A stretch of DNA of 61,681 bases, counting the filler, from Rhabdomonas costata (lineage: Eukaryota): the NCBI GenBank assembly GCA_019059605.1. It is 19 parts of 19 records of this genome, joined end to end, with 100 filler letters (N's around TTAATTAATTAA, not from the genome) between each part and the next. Parts side by side here need not be neighbours in the genome. Positions count along the whole stretch, not along the records: positions 35,741 to 38,888 come from JAHMHO010001292.1; positions 38,989 to 42,137 come from JAHMHO010001293.1; positions 42,238 to 45,384 come from JAHMHO010001294.1; positions 45,485 to 48,629 come from JAHMHO010001295.1; 15 more parts are not named here. One strand, written 5' to 3'. Position numbers and translations under genes: made by a program. Shown here in pieces: positions 36,136 to 48,303 of this stretch (positions within the stretch are counted from its first letter, which is position 1; every line of letters starts with the position of its first letter). The notes beneath the pieces are model-generated. The model was not told where the DNA came from, did no database searches, and saw only the letters and a program-made list of their open reading frames with translations.

Positions 36136-38887
36136 CTCAAGGAGCTGCGCAGCGAGCTCCAGCTCTGCCCGGGAGTCCTTCTTCAGAAGCTCCTGCAGGA
36201 CCTTCCCCAGTCTGGCAGGAAAAAAGCCGATCCTACTCGACGGGTAGAGAGATCTTTGGTTGCAATAATCCTAAAGTTTCATAAAATATCTGAAAACGGT
36301 GCTAAGTGTTGCAGATTCAAATATGTTTCGGCATCATTCATTAGGGCATGTGCGTGTGGGATGGCTGCCATATTTTGGGACATCCTGTCCACTTCGGAGA
36401 CCCCAAAGCGCATGCGGGAGATCAGCCGGTCGAATTGCAACGCAAATGCTTTTCGTTGCACTCGCAGTGAAGCAGAGCGTGGCACCAGTTGGCTGAAGCG
36501 GGTCAGAAAGGGCGAATCATGTTGAGCAGCGAGAGCTGCACTGGGCTTTGACGGAGTTGCATCTTCATCGAATACACCGTTTTCGTGCGTTTGAGAATTG
36601 GCATTGCTCTGAGCGGAGCTTTCTAGCCGATGTTAACTGAAAGTTACCTCTTAAGGCTAACAAAGCTACCATAGGTAACGGTTTTCAATGGTAGCGATGC
36701 GTACTTGCCGAAAAGACGAGAGCTCAGTTATCTTCTGAAAAAATTTCGCTTATGATCGGGGTTTTGGGTAGGTGCAAGCACCCCCCTATCGCATATGGTC
36801 ACTGCAAAAAAGGTAGAATATCGGATACTCAAAGGAGCACACGTGGAGGAGGTTCCAAGAATCCGACAGGCCTCTTGCAGGAGCTCCTTCCGCCCAAAGC
36901 GGTTCACGGGGCGGCTGAAGCCCGAGCCCAGAAACGCCACACAGTTCCCCCGCGCGATCTCATCCAACAGTGCACTGTGCTTCCGCACCTCATGCTCCGT
37001 ATCGAAGCACGGGATGGGGTACCGCAGCACTAGCCGCGCATCCACGGCGTTGCCTAGGAAGGTACGCGGCGACCAAAGACCGATGGCGTCGAACGGAGTA
37101 CATTGATAAATAAAGTGTGCACTAAAACTGACCAGTCTGCTCGGCGTGTTTTAATCCAACAAACTGTGCAATTGGAAGGCGGGAGTGGGGAGCTCGGCTC
37201 CCAATATCCCCCAGGATGCAATAAATCCCCCAGACTCGCCTGTGTCGCATTATTTCCCCCGATATCTTAATCTTAGGATTATTTTTGGGGTGTTCTGTAA
37301 AGCGGACGTTTTTGCATTTCCTGCGATATTTCTCATCCACTTACACTTCGTTGCAAGCAAATCCAACAAATAAAGGCACAGCAAGAGTAACAGGGCGCAA
37401 CCACCGTCAGTAAAAAACCTCGCAGGTTGCATTTCTTTGCTGCTCGTTTAGGGAGCGCTGTTCGACCATGAGCACCCTTTAGTGCTCGAGGATAAAGGAG
37501 AGGAGTGAGAGGCAAACAGGCATCCCACATGACCTATTCTGCTATGCCTCCGCATCACCATTTCGACAAACGTCAAGGTAAACTCCTGCCCGTTCACCTT
37601 CACGTCGCGACAGGCCAGGCCCTTCCGGTACGCCTGCTCAATCTCATACGACTCTGCAGCGTCGAACGGCTGATCGGGGTGCTCCGGAAGCACAGCCGTC
37701 TGATCACTCACCCAGTGGATCACCGCAAGTTGTAGCTCGTCGTAGAATTCTTTGTAGGGATTGTAAGAGCCAGCCGGCACGGAAGGAATGTCGTCAGGAC
37801 ATTGCTGGGGATGCAGGAAACTTGAGCTCCCAATCACCGGTGCGCCAGCGGGTGGAACAGCCGTTCTCTTCTTCGGAGTGGAGAGGACAACCAGCCGCCC
37901 TTTGGTACAGGTGTACAGTGTGGGCATGCCGGACGTCCTGGATGGAATGAACAGATGCCCCAACACACCTTCCTCTCGTCTGTAAACGTCATCAGCTTCG
38001 TCTTGAGTTGCCTTTTCTATAAAAAGCTCGCCAGCTGCTGCACGGGTAGGAAAGCCAGCAGCAAACGTAATCACTTTCATCCATTGATGCTCTTTCACTG
38101 CCTCCTGAAATAGTTTACGGACGGTGTATGACCACACAGCCAATAGTTGCCCGGGATCTTTGACATCACTGTCACCGTCGAGTTCTATGACAACAGTCTG
38201 CAGCCATTTAAATTCGTCAGTCTTGAAAGGAGCAAGAATCCCTTTGACCCACTCCTCCACCACAAGTTGCTGCATCCCTTTGGACCCAGGTTCCAACAAA
38301 GCTCCCAATTCCTTAAGACACACTGTCTGCACGTACAAGGTTCGGAAAAAGCTCAGGCGACGGCGCATAGCATGGTTATCAGGCGTGACTTTGGAGGAAA
38401 GACAGATCAACAAAACACTGAGAAGGCGCCGCTCGGGAGGTTTGCTCTTCGAAATGCAATCCCGTAGAGTCTCATGCAGCTTCCTAATTTCTGGATCGCA
38501 TTTCTCGCTTTGGGGATCGAAGACATCGTTGTCTTTGAGAGATTCGGCTGCCGGAAGCCCGAGTTTGGGAGCCGTGACGGTAAGGCAGGCTGGAGGCAGC
38601 AAGGACTTGCTGACATCTTCGGAGGAAACTGTCACCGCTTCCAGAGAAAAGATTATCACATCAAACCACGATGGCTTCTCGTCGTAGCAGGAGTGAAGGA
38701 AGGCATCCACTAGGAGGGACACACCCAGCAGCTTTTCAGACTCGCCCACCCCAGCCTCGATAACAATAGCGTTCAGAAAGGCCAGCGGCTTGCAGTGGGC
38801 GTCGGTTCCGATGTACTCCCGCAGGGCGGGCTGAAGATATTTGCTCAGCTCGGATGTCAGTTTCCAATCGTCACCATGAACATGTCT
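36136..38887 (-). CDS. Multidomain protein with a WWE domain followed by a SIR2-like domain, partial (exons 38887-37534, 37053-~36872, ~36211-36136)
   Basis: The ORF is open from the contig edge for about 450 codons. A WWE-like segment (W...PFDAAESYEIEQAYRKG...VNGQEFTLTFVEMVM..SRIG|NAVDARLVLR) splices in phase 1 to LLDEIARGNCVAFLGSGFS...ELLQE; a later exon encodes ELELAAQLLE. Confidence 0.65.
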
Positions 38888-39397
38888 TNNNNNNNNNNNN
38901 NNNNNNNNNNNNNNNNNNNNNNNNNNNNNNNNTTAATTAATTAANNNNNNNNNNNNNNNNNNNNNNNNNNNNNNNNNNNNNNNNNNNNAAGCTGCCAATG
39001 GGCGTGGGTTGGTATGGACCTGAGGGTAAAGGGACTGCACCGCAGGAGATGCACTTTAGACAGAAACGAGCCCGCGGACTTGTTTCGTCTTAGCCCTCCC
39101 AGAATCCTTTCAGTGGGTGATCGTCCTCGGTACGTCAGATAATTGATGGGGAAGGGAGCAAGCCGATCCTTGAATGAGCGCCGGCTCCCATCCTCTTTCT
39201 GTCGTGCTGCTACATCCGTTGCGTTAAGTGGGTAATGGGTTTACGGTAGCTGCGTGCGGGTTTTAGAAAGCTGCGGGGTGGCTCCCTATATGCGGTCCTT
39301 TACCTGTGATGGTTTTATTTACTCGGCTTTTTGGTAAGGACCCCAAATGTGTGTGCCTCTCTGAAATCTTCTCTCAAATCCCCCGCCCCCACCTCAG

Positions 39398-41496
39398 GCC
39401 AGCTGCACCGTCAACACGTACTGGGTGTCCGAGGAGCTGGCTTGCCTGCCCTGCCCCACGGGAACTTTCAACACGGCCTAGGGACTAGAGGAGTGCTTCC
39501 CCGTGCCGCCCTCGTCCTCTACTGGGCTGACTCTCCCGCTCGTCGCGGGCCTCGGTGGGGGCTGCCTTCTGGTGGTACGTGCCTCTGCCACGCACAAACG
39601 CCGTGCTGCTCGTTTTAAGTTGGCTGAGGTAGGGTGCAGTGTCGGCCTGTGCCTTTGAATGAAGCCCTTCAATTGCACATGAATTCTTACTCATTATTTC
39701 GTGGTGCTGTTGGTGGTGCTTGGTGGTGGTGGTGCCGTGCTTGTAACTTTGACATCTAAGTGCCGCATCTGCCGACTCTTAACTGCCGCATCCCGAGCGT
39801 GATACTGGGAAGGTCAGTTGGGTCTCGTCGCGCTCCTTTCCCATAGTTTGAGAAAAGCAAAAGATTCATGCCAGCAGGACGGAGGGGTGAGGGGCAGGCT
39901 GGATTCTGGTGTGCCCGTGGTTTGTCTCCGTATGTCCAGGTTTTTCTGGTCGCCTCCTCCGCACTGTACCTTCGGAGGCAGGCGGCTGAGCGCCGGGTGC
40001 TGGCCATGGCGCCCACGGGAACTATAGCCATTGTGTTCACGGACATCCAGGTGAATTCCCCGCACCCCATCGCCCCCCTTTCGCAGGTCGCGGGTTGTGC
40101 CTTCCACTTTCATTGACCGGTGGTGTTGCCGTGCTGTTGGTCTGCTTACCGGCCACCGGACTCGTTTTTTTTCAGAATCAGAATGATGTCAAGAATACCC
40201 AAGAAAGCAGGATGCACGCTAGCGCGTCCCGGCAGCATGCCTGGGCGGGTATCCCAAATTGCGACACAAGCGAATGGCAATACAGGCTGTTCCCGCCGCG
40301 TTTTCTCCATATACGGAGCTGCATCGACAATTGTTGTCACCCAACTATTGCCAGTCTTGTTTCTTGTTTCGCATGCTCTCTGCTCCTGGGATCCTCCCGA
40401 TCAAAGGGGTCGACGCAACTGTGGGACCAGCACCCCGAAGAGATGTCCGCGGCCCTGGAGCTCCACAACCGGGCGATCCGGGAGGAACTGGCAACTTTCG
40501 GGGGCTACGAGGTGAAGACCATCGGAGACAGTTTCATGGCATGCCCGCTTCGCTTCACATCACGCACGGATGCGGGCACTGCGTCGCGAAGCGTTTAATC
40601 GAAGGAAGATGTCACTACACTGCGAAAGAATGAGCGATATGAGGCAGATGGTGAATTTTTGAAAGGAATCCCGAATTGTCTTTCAGGTTGTGAAGAGATG
40701 AACGTATCACCACAGAACAAGGGTAACCTCTCTGCCCCCTTTTTTTTTCGCCCTGTTCGCTTCCATTTTATCGCCAGGGTACTCTTCTCTCTCACTCCAT
40801 TTTCCACGATGTATATACCGTTGATGTCCTCATTCTCCATTTCGCAGATTGCCTTCCCCAATGCGCTGGACGCCGTCGCGTGCTGTGTGAATATTCAGCT
40901 CAGCCTTCTGACCCTGGAGTGGCCCGACGCAATTCTCCAAACTGAGACCGGGCTGGCCATCACCAATGAGGACGGCACACTTCTGTGGAGAGGTCTTTTC
41001 CCCCATGCCGCTGATGATACATCTCTCTGACCCATGGCTGTACTATTCTTTTCGTGACTTGCACGAGGTTCCCTCCTTTTGGAAACAAAGTTGTCCCACG
41101 CTTACAGCGAGATGTACTCTCAAACACATGTGTGATAATTCAGTGTCACATGCTCTTGAGACCTCCATTCTTGTCTGGCATTGCACAGTCGCCCCTTTTC
41201 TTCTAGTGGCACAGCTGGTCTCACCGCTGACGTGGTTTTGTTGTTGCTGCGATGTTTTTTTACTTTCAGGACTTCGGGTGCGGATGGGGGTGCAAGTCGG
41301 GGAGCCCGAGGTAGTGGTGGACCACTCCACGAGCCGGGTGGACTACTTTGGCCCCATGGTGAACCAGGCGGCGCGGGTGGAGTCCCGGGCGCATGGCGGG
41401 GAGATCTGCCTGACCCAGGAAGTGATGAACATGATCGGACGGGCTAGATACACCGACGACTGGGTCATCACGGCTCTGGGGGAGCAGTCCTTCAAG
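39398..41496 (+). CDS. Receptor-type class III adenylate cyclase, partial, with one in-frame TAG at 39479-39481 (exons 39398-39574, 39940-40050, 40407-40538, 40848-40992, 41270-41496)
   Basis: Cys-rich CLPCPTGTF motif, a transmembrane helix, IVFTDIQ|GSTQLW, GYEVKTIGDSFM|IAF, GLRVRMG and DYFGPMVNQAARVES. The substrate-specifying Lys/Asp and both metal-binding Asp residues are present. Confidence 0.93.
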
Positions 41497-43489
41497 GTGT
41501 ACCCCTGTTTCTTCAAGTTTTTGTCTGAAGGAGCATCTCTGTGGAATTCGGTCAGAAACAACACCCCCAGCAGTGCCGGAACAATGGAAAACCGGCACAC
41601 AATGGGCCATTGCCTCACTTTTCGTCCACCACTACTGAAACCTTGCCCCTGCATTTTTGTTTGGGGTGCAGAGCAAAGTCCGGCGAATAACCATACCATT
41701 CAGCACCGTTCAACGTTCTGTTTGGCATTGTCATGCAAGTTTAGAGGTGTATGCCATGGCATGAAAGGATCGTAGTCCTGCAGTCTTACAGTGAGTGCAG
41801 TTGCTCACACAGTTGCACACACACAGGCACACACACACACACACTGGGATTCCAGGCGCCGCTTCATGGAGATGGATGCGCCTGGAGAAGGCCATATCGC
41901 CGGGGGGTGGGGGGCAAAGATTGTGGCCCTTAATGTGGCTGCGTCTCTGTGGAGTGGGATGGGGTGGAGCCCTCCCCTACACACACACACACACACACAC
42001 CCTGAACTTGCCATGATGAAGACGCACCCCGACCTCAACCTGCGCAGCACGAAAGGAGAGCGAAGCCAGTACGTGAGGAATCGCTGCAGTCGGGAAATCG
42101 AGGACTCGGAGAGGCGGAACAGGAAGAAAAAGAAGAANNNNNNNNNNNNNNNNNNNNNNNNNNNNNNNNNNNNNNNNNNNNTTAATTAATTAANNNNNNN
42201 NNNNNNNNNNNNNNNNNNNNNNNNNNNNNNNNNNNNNGTAAGTCTTTATCACAGCGCGCCATTGCAATCCGATGGGGTCGTTTCTGTTATTTTTTCTTTT
42301 TTCTTGCTCATTTCAGATTTGTGTATTTTCAAAAGTGCTGGTTCACAGAGGCGCTGCCGTTATCCAACATGGCCTTTGACAGGTGTGAGCACTTTCCGAT
42401 GCTTTCTCATTAACGTCATGCTCTGTTATTGTCCCTCGTTTTTACGTGTTGTTCGCCCATCACGTCCAGTTCCTGTTAACATTTCTGTCCCTTCTTTTTC
42501 TTTTATTATGCTTGTAATTGCTTTGTATCGTTTTGTTTTGGCCTTGCTATTCCGTTTTGTGCTACTGGGTCTGAACTAAAGCCAATTTTCCTTGCTTTTA
42601 CATTTTGCGTTTGTGTACATTAAGCCCCGGCGGATCCCATAAACCACCACTTCATGCGCGGCCATTTTTGTACGGAACACCGTCAGTCATCTTGACTACC
42701 AAAGGGCCCCGCACGAGGTCCAACGCACACTTCTTGCATGACCACAACTTTTTTCAGGAGAAGCGGCGGACGGTGAAACCACCTCTTGGCGGCTCTTTTT
42801 TTGTTTTATATCACGTAGATCATTTCCACAGCGCGGCGCGACAACAAAATGGTAGGGATCTTAATGGCGATGGAGTGGCAAAATAACAGCGCCAGATTAG
42901 GACCTTTGTGTGTGCTGACTGCTCTCCCTTGCCATCCACTCTGGATTGGCCTAGCTCTGCTGCAAGGTATATGGGAACATTGTGAGTGATAAACCAGGAA
43001 CCATGACCTTAAAACGTGGTTAAATCAATGCTTCGGATGGACTCCTGCTCCGAAGGCGCGGTTTTATCCAGGGAAATCAATTTATGCGTTGAACTTGTGG
43101 AGCAAATGCCGGCGATATCTGCAACTGTTTGTTGCCGAAGAACCTGTAATGATAATTGGATTGACTGCTGACTTTGATCAGGTCCTGGCAGGGAAAGGTC
43201 GCACAGAAAAACGTCCTGAATTGCACGCGCATTAGCGCTGCCATTTCTTCGGTGGCGTGGGAAGCGGTCAGATTGGTCTGGTTTTACTGCGCTTGGGAGG
43301 CGCGGTACTATGTAGACACACTCATTTTTTGACGGTCGCAAGGAGGGATGGACGCAACCCAGTGGAGGACATCCATATATCAAGAATACCACTTAATTGT
43401 GGCCCTCGTCTTCACTCGGTCTCCCAACATACAAATGACGATGAGGCGTATCGAAAAGGACGCAAGAATACAAGAAAGCACCTTGGAAG

Positions 43490-44050
43490 GAACATGAGCG
43501 CAGCGAATGTGACGACATAGTGAACATGAGGCATGAACGTAGTGAATGACGAGTGTTAACCAGTAACGTGATCGAAAGAAAGAGGAGGGGCGAAGCGACG
43601 ACCCAACGTAGAGTAACAGTAGAAACATGAACGACCTGAGGCAGTGAATGTGACGATCCAGTGAACATGAACATGAGCAAGAGTAGCGAGTGATAGTGAA
43701 TGTGAACTGATAACGTGATCAAAAGAAAGTGGAGGAACAGGAGAGAACGTAGTGAGCGAGTGTGACGACTGAATGAAGGATGGAACATGAGGCATGAACG
43801 AAGTGAATGCCAAGTGTGACCGAACCAACTAGTGAACATGAACAGGAGGCTGAAGTCCGAGTGTGAATGTGAACCGCATAACAAGTGAAGATGGAGGAAC
43901 ATGAACAGGAGGAGGAACGAGTGACAACGAGTGTGAATGTGACGACCAACATAAAGAAAAAGAAACAGGAGGGAACATGAGTTCAACGAATGTGACCGAG
44001 TGTTACCAGAGGAACAGGAGAGACATTGCGTAGCAAGGAGCGAGTGTGAC
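43490..44050. repeat. Degenerate mosaic repeat / low-complexity array
   Basis: Recurring words gtgaacatga, gtgaatgtga and gagtgtgac, with longer shared blocks (gaacatgaggcatgaacg twice; taacgtgatc.aaagaaag twice). Confidence 0.75.
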
Positions 44051-45099
44051 GTCTTAACTCATGGCGCCGTCTTAACTTAGGGAGGAGATGTCCCTGAGGG
44101 GCCCTCTCCCTTTCACCCCATTACTCACCAAGAGAGTGAGGACGTACCAAGCTGCTGATGCGGTGATGTTGGTGTAGCAGTACAGCACAAGGACTGACAC
44201 ACGGGTTGTGGTGATGATCTGACACCCTATCACGACCACCAACGCTACCACCACCAATATAAAGGTGTAGCACATGACGCGTACACCACTACTAATACTG
44301 CAACACCCCCATTGATGATGACATACAGGCAACGTGTCCTACATCGAAGCAAATTTATAGGGTAGTGCATGTTTGATTTGTGTGAGGGAGTGGATTGCAC
44401 CCGACTCTACGGGATCAGTCAGTGTCTTAGCTGGGATGCACGCACCCCCTTCCAGTCGTAATGCGGACAAAAAGAGGTACGCGCAAAGAACCAGCACCGA
44501 CGTGACAGCAGAAATCCCGGCTAAGGTTAGCTGGACGACAGGATCGCATCAACTGGTAAATGGCCTCTCATTTTACGAGGGCATGACGTGGTTCTACACA
44601 CCCCACCTTCTCCGCGCCCCCACCCCAGGATCACAATGCACCAAGCTCAAGCAACGTCGATATCACAGAGACTACGCAAAACCATAGCATATGATCCACC
44701 CGATTGCCACCCTCCCCTTCCAAACGTCTTTCCCGGTGTTCACCCACAGCTAATGACAGATTCCCACATGGCTATCCAGTTCCACAAACACTCCCCAGGG
44801 ACAAACCCACCAATATAGCGGGCCCTTCATGCAAATCCCAACGTTAACGTCACCATCCTTTTCTTTGGCGTAAGAGATTGGAACTCCGACCGAGAACCGT
44901 GAACGTAACCCCTGGACACAACAACAGAGACAAAACCCAGTACATGCAACGATTGGTGGAAGTAAGCGAAACCGAAGAAATGGTTGAGCAAGAACGGGAA
45001 ACCACATTACCGAGGAAATCCAACGTACGGAAATTCACCGCCACAAGCGCGAAAGTCCCAACGTAGTATCACCATCCTTGTGCACCTTAACCCTTACGC

Positions 45100-45384
45100 A
45101 TGAACCCGGGTCGCAAACCCGAACCCGAACCCGAGACCGAAGCCGAACCCGGCCTACTAAATACGGCCACCTGGTTTGGAATAGGCGTTCAACCATGGGC
45201 ATTGTCAATTATATCCCCTGGGGCATAAGCACAAAGGTCCATTCCAGAACCTGGACTCCAACCGCCGCAACCCCCGACACCGAAGACAGAAAGAAGACAC
45301 CCGAACCCCAGAAGACGAAAACCAAAGACCCAAACCCCGAAGACCGAAAACCAAAACCCGAAGACGAAAACCAAACACCGAAAG
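45100..45384. repeat. Degenerate (GAACCC/GAAGAC)-rich simple repeat at contig end
   Basis: Recurring aacccg, ccgaagac and aaaacc units. Confidence 0.65.
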
Positions 45385-45833
45385 NNNNNNNNNNNNNNNN
45401 NNNNNNNNNNNNNNNNNNNNNNNNNNNNTTAATTAATTAANNNNNNNNNNNNNNNNNNNNNNNNNNNNNNNNNNNNNNNNNNNNGTTTTTTAGCCGGCAC
45501 TGTGGGTCTGAGCAGAATTGTGTCCTGCTCGCCAGTGCTTCCTTCCTTTGTGGTCTCTCGTCAATCCAAAAGGGTGTGATTTTTCAACAAAGTGGGGTGA
45601 AGTGTCATTTAAGAATGAGACCTCTGGCCTGATGACACACGAGAAGCCCTTTCTCTTGCGCGGTTTGTGCCTTGAACGAATTCCACTTTTTTCAGCCTGT
45701 AAAGAACAGCGCTTATATTGTGCTGTCACCTATTTATTATCCTTTCCGCTTTTGGGAAAGCTCCCTCCCGTACAGTTGTAAATCCCACCACCACCACCAC
45801 CACGCACACCCACTTACCCACTCTTTTTTTCAG

Positions 45834-48303
45834 GTTATTCACCGCAAGGATCTTCCTCGGATCTATACCATGTTCACCCCCACACTGTACACCAGCCGCG
45901 GGCAGGCCGCGCCGGACTTGCCCGCGCAGTACACCCCCACCGAGACAATGGTCTCCGCGGCGGACGTTCACGCCGAGGAGCTGAAGAAGAAGGCACTTCC
46001 CTGCACAGACACAACCGTTTGGCCCGCATCCATCCACACTTTTGTACCAAATGGAGCATCACCCACCGCACGGAGGCGCTGTCCTGCGCGCCCTAAAATG
46101 AAACTGTCCTACTCGGCGATTTGCACCCAGCAATGGTAATTGCCGATTGCCCACAAAACGATTCAAAGGTGTTGCAACCCGCCCATCCCTCCTGAAAGAA
46201 AGGCGTTCAGTTGTCTCAGGTGCACGCTCCTCCGTGTGTTACGCCGCCCTTTTTTTTAGCGGACATAGGCGAAAGTTGGGTTGGAAAGGTACTCCATCTC
46301 TTTCTGTCTTGTTCTGTAGGAGAGCGATGTGCTTGTTCGGGGGATCCCCCTGCTTGCCTTCAACCGCACCCGAGATGAGGTCATCGTGGAGATTCTCAGC
46401 GCACCTCAGCGGTGTGTGAATGTTTGTATTTGTGGGTCGATGAAGCCGGCATGCACGCATTTAGTTTGTTTTCGGCGGCAGGGGTGGATCATCGGCTCTG
46501 CGCTCACTGGAGCAATAATCTGATTTATCCTCCACCTCCCCCAACTTGGGAACTTTCACAGTCAATGGGTTCCTTTTTGGCGTGAGCCCTGCTTTCTTGG
46601 GCGGCTACTCCCGACTGTCATGAGAGCGATTTGGAATCCGAAGGGTCCTCGCCGCCGCAACCGTTAGTGTTTTAGCACTTCAAGGCAATGTGCTCTACAA
46701 CACAGCATTCATGCCTGATCGTAAAGTTCATGATGCCAGAAGTATCACGGCTGTTTTGGCTGTGGATGTCATGTGAACAACAACTCACCACCTTTCCGAG
46801 CTTCATTCTGCTTTATACATCGTTTTATCGCAGTGTGCTCCCAAAGTTAGTCCACACTGCTCGCCCATTTGCCTTCCCCTCTGTTCTCTCGATTGGGTTA
46901 GCGTGGATGCATTTCTGTTCCCCTCTGCTAAGAAAAGGGCCCGATCCGCGTATAATTGAATTGGAGAGGGGGGGGGCATTGCAGCCGGGTGGACAACATC
47001 GTGACCCAGCTCGACGAGGCCGTGTCGCGGCTGCAGATCGCCACCCGAGTCTCCACCGCTCTCCGCAGCGGGTGCGTTCCCTTCGGATCCCCATCATTAT
47101 CCTCCCACGGGAACCTCCCATTGTGAAAAGAAAACTTGAACACAGCGTTAGCGCCAAATCTAGTCTTATCAGATGTTACACATTGCGGTGGTTTGGACGC
47201 TATTGCACTGGGCCGAACCTCATCCCTTTCATCTTAAATCTCAAGCAGCTCATCTCTGAGCCCTCTCCCACCCCCCTTACCCTCCAGCGACGGAGGCAGC
47301 TTTTTTGGGTATCGCGTTGCTCTGCACCTCGCTGCGGGAACGGGGCAATTTTAATTCTCAAACCCCACAGGTGATCATCAGACGGTTGGCTTTAGGAAAG
47401 GAATGTGACTACGTAACACCTTTACCTCTTTACCACTTGCGAGACCTTTTCCCAGACCTGAGTAGATGTCACTGATAACTGGTCACCATTGTTTCCATTT
47501 CCATTGGCGCTTCACTGCTCGCAATTTCCTCAGGATATTATTTAGTATTGTCAGGACACTCTTGAAACTGTCATCTGAAGAAATGCATGACGTTTGCCAG
47601 TCCACGTACCCCAGTCGCTCGTTCCCGCAGCCGCCGGCCATCCTCATGTTTGACCAATCGCGTCATTTTGGGTCACCGCTGTCCATCCTTTGTCTTCTCC
47701 CTCTCCAGCCACGATTTGTTTGGGGGTTTGTGTTCAGCCCACCCATCCACCCTTCCGCAACTAAGCGACCGCTACAGTTTGTTATATCCGTTGCAAATAT
47801 AACCCATGGGTCACCGTACTCTATTCCAGTACAAAAGTTCGCGAATGATCCTATCGAAAAAGCTGGAAGGTGCCCGGGATGAGGGGGGGAGGCAGGTCGG
47901 GTGAGACTTAAACAACGTCGGATGAGAATATTCGCGAGCTTTCATTTGTTACGACAGGGGACTCCGGTGTTTGCCGTCCCGACGGTATGCCCTTATGTTC
48001 TTTTTGATAGATTCCGCCGGACGCGGGCGTCTTACTGGGCGGCTCTGGGGCTGACCTTCACCGCGTGCCCGATGGTTCTCGGGGGAACCTTCTACTTTGG
48101 CCTGCCCTTGACGACGATTGCCGGTATCTCCTTTTGATCTCCTTTTATTCTCAATTTTCCCTGGAAGCACCTGAAGCACCCGGCGGCTTGGTCGACTTGC
48201 AGGGGCCTTTCTGAGCACCCTGGCGGTGTGCGCGGGGCTGACCTACACCACCCGGCTGTCTGTGCAGCGGTACAAGCCCGATGCTCTGGCCACTCTGGAC
48301 CGG
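45834..48303 (+). CDS. EHD/sarcalumenin-like dynamin-superfamily GTPase, post-G-domain region with two hydrophobic helices, partial (exons 45834-45992, 46320-46411, 46985-47071, 48011-48123, 48203-48303)
   Basis: Five exons join in frame. VIHRKDLPRIYTMF, FNRTRDEVIVEILSAPQRRVDNIVTQL resembles the end of the EHD G-domain and its helical region. The P-loop is not in the contig. Confidence 0.55.

Noticed and set aside
39479-39481. Genome-wide reassignment of TAG to a sense codon
   Set aside because: Only one in-frame TAG occurs among all reconstructed exons, including a ~450-codon exon with none, and TAG appears to be a true terminator at 29676-29678.
43393-43986. 197-aa His/Ser/Leu-rich minus-strand ORF
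   Set aside because: It is a by-product of the degenerate repeat array, with no domain or splice support.
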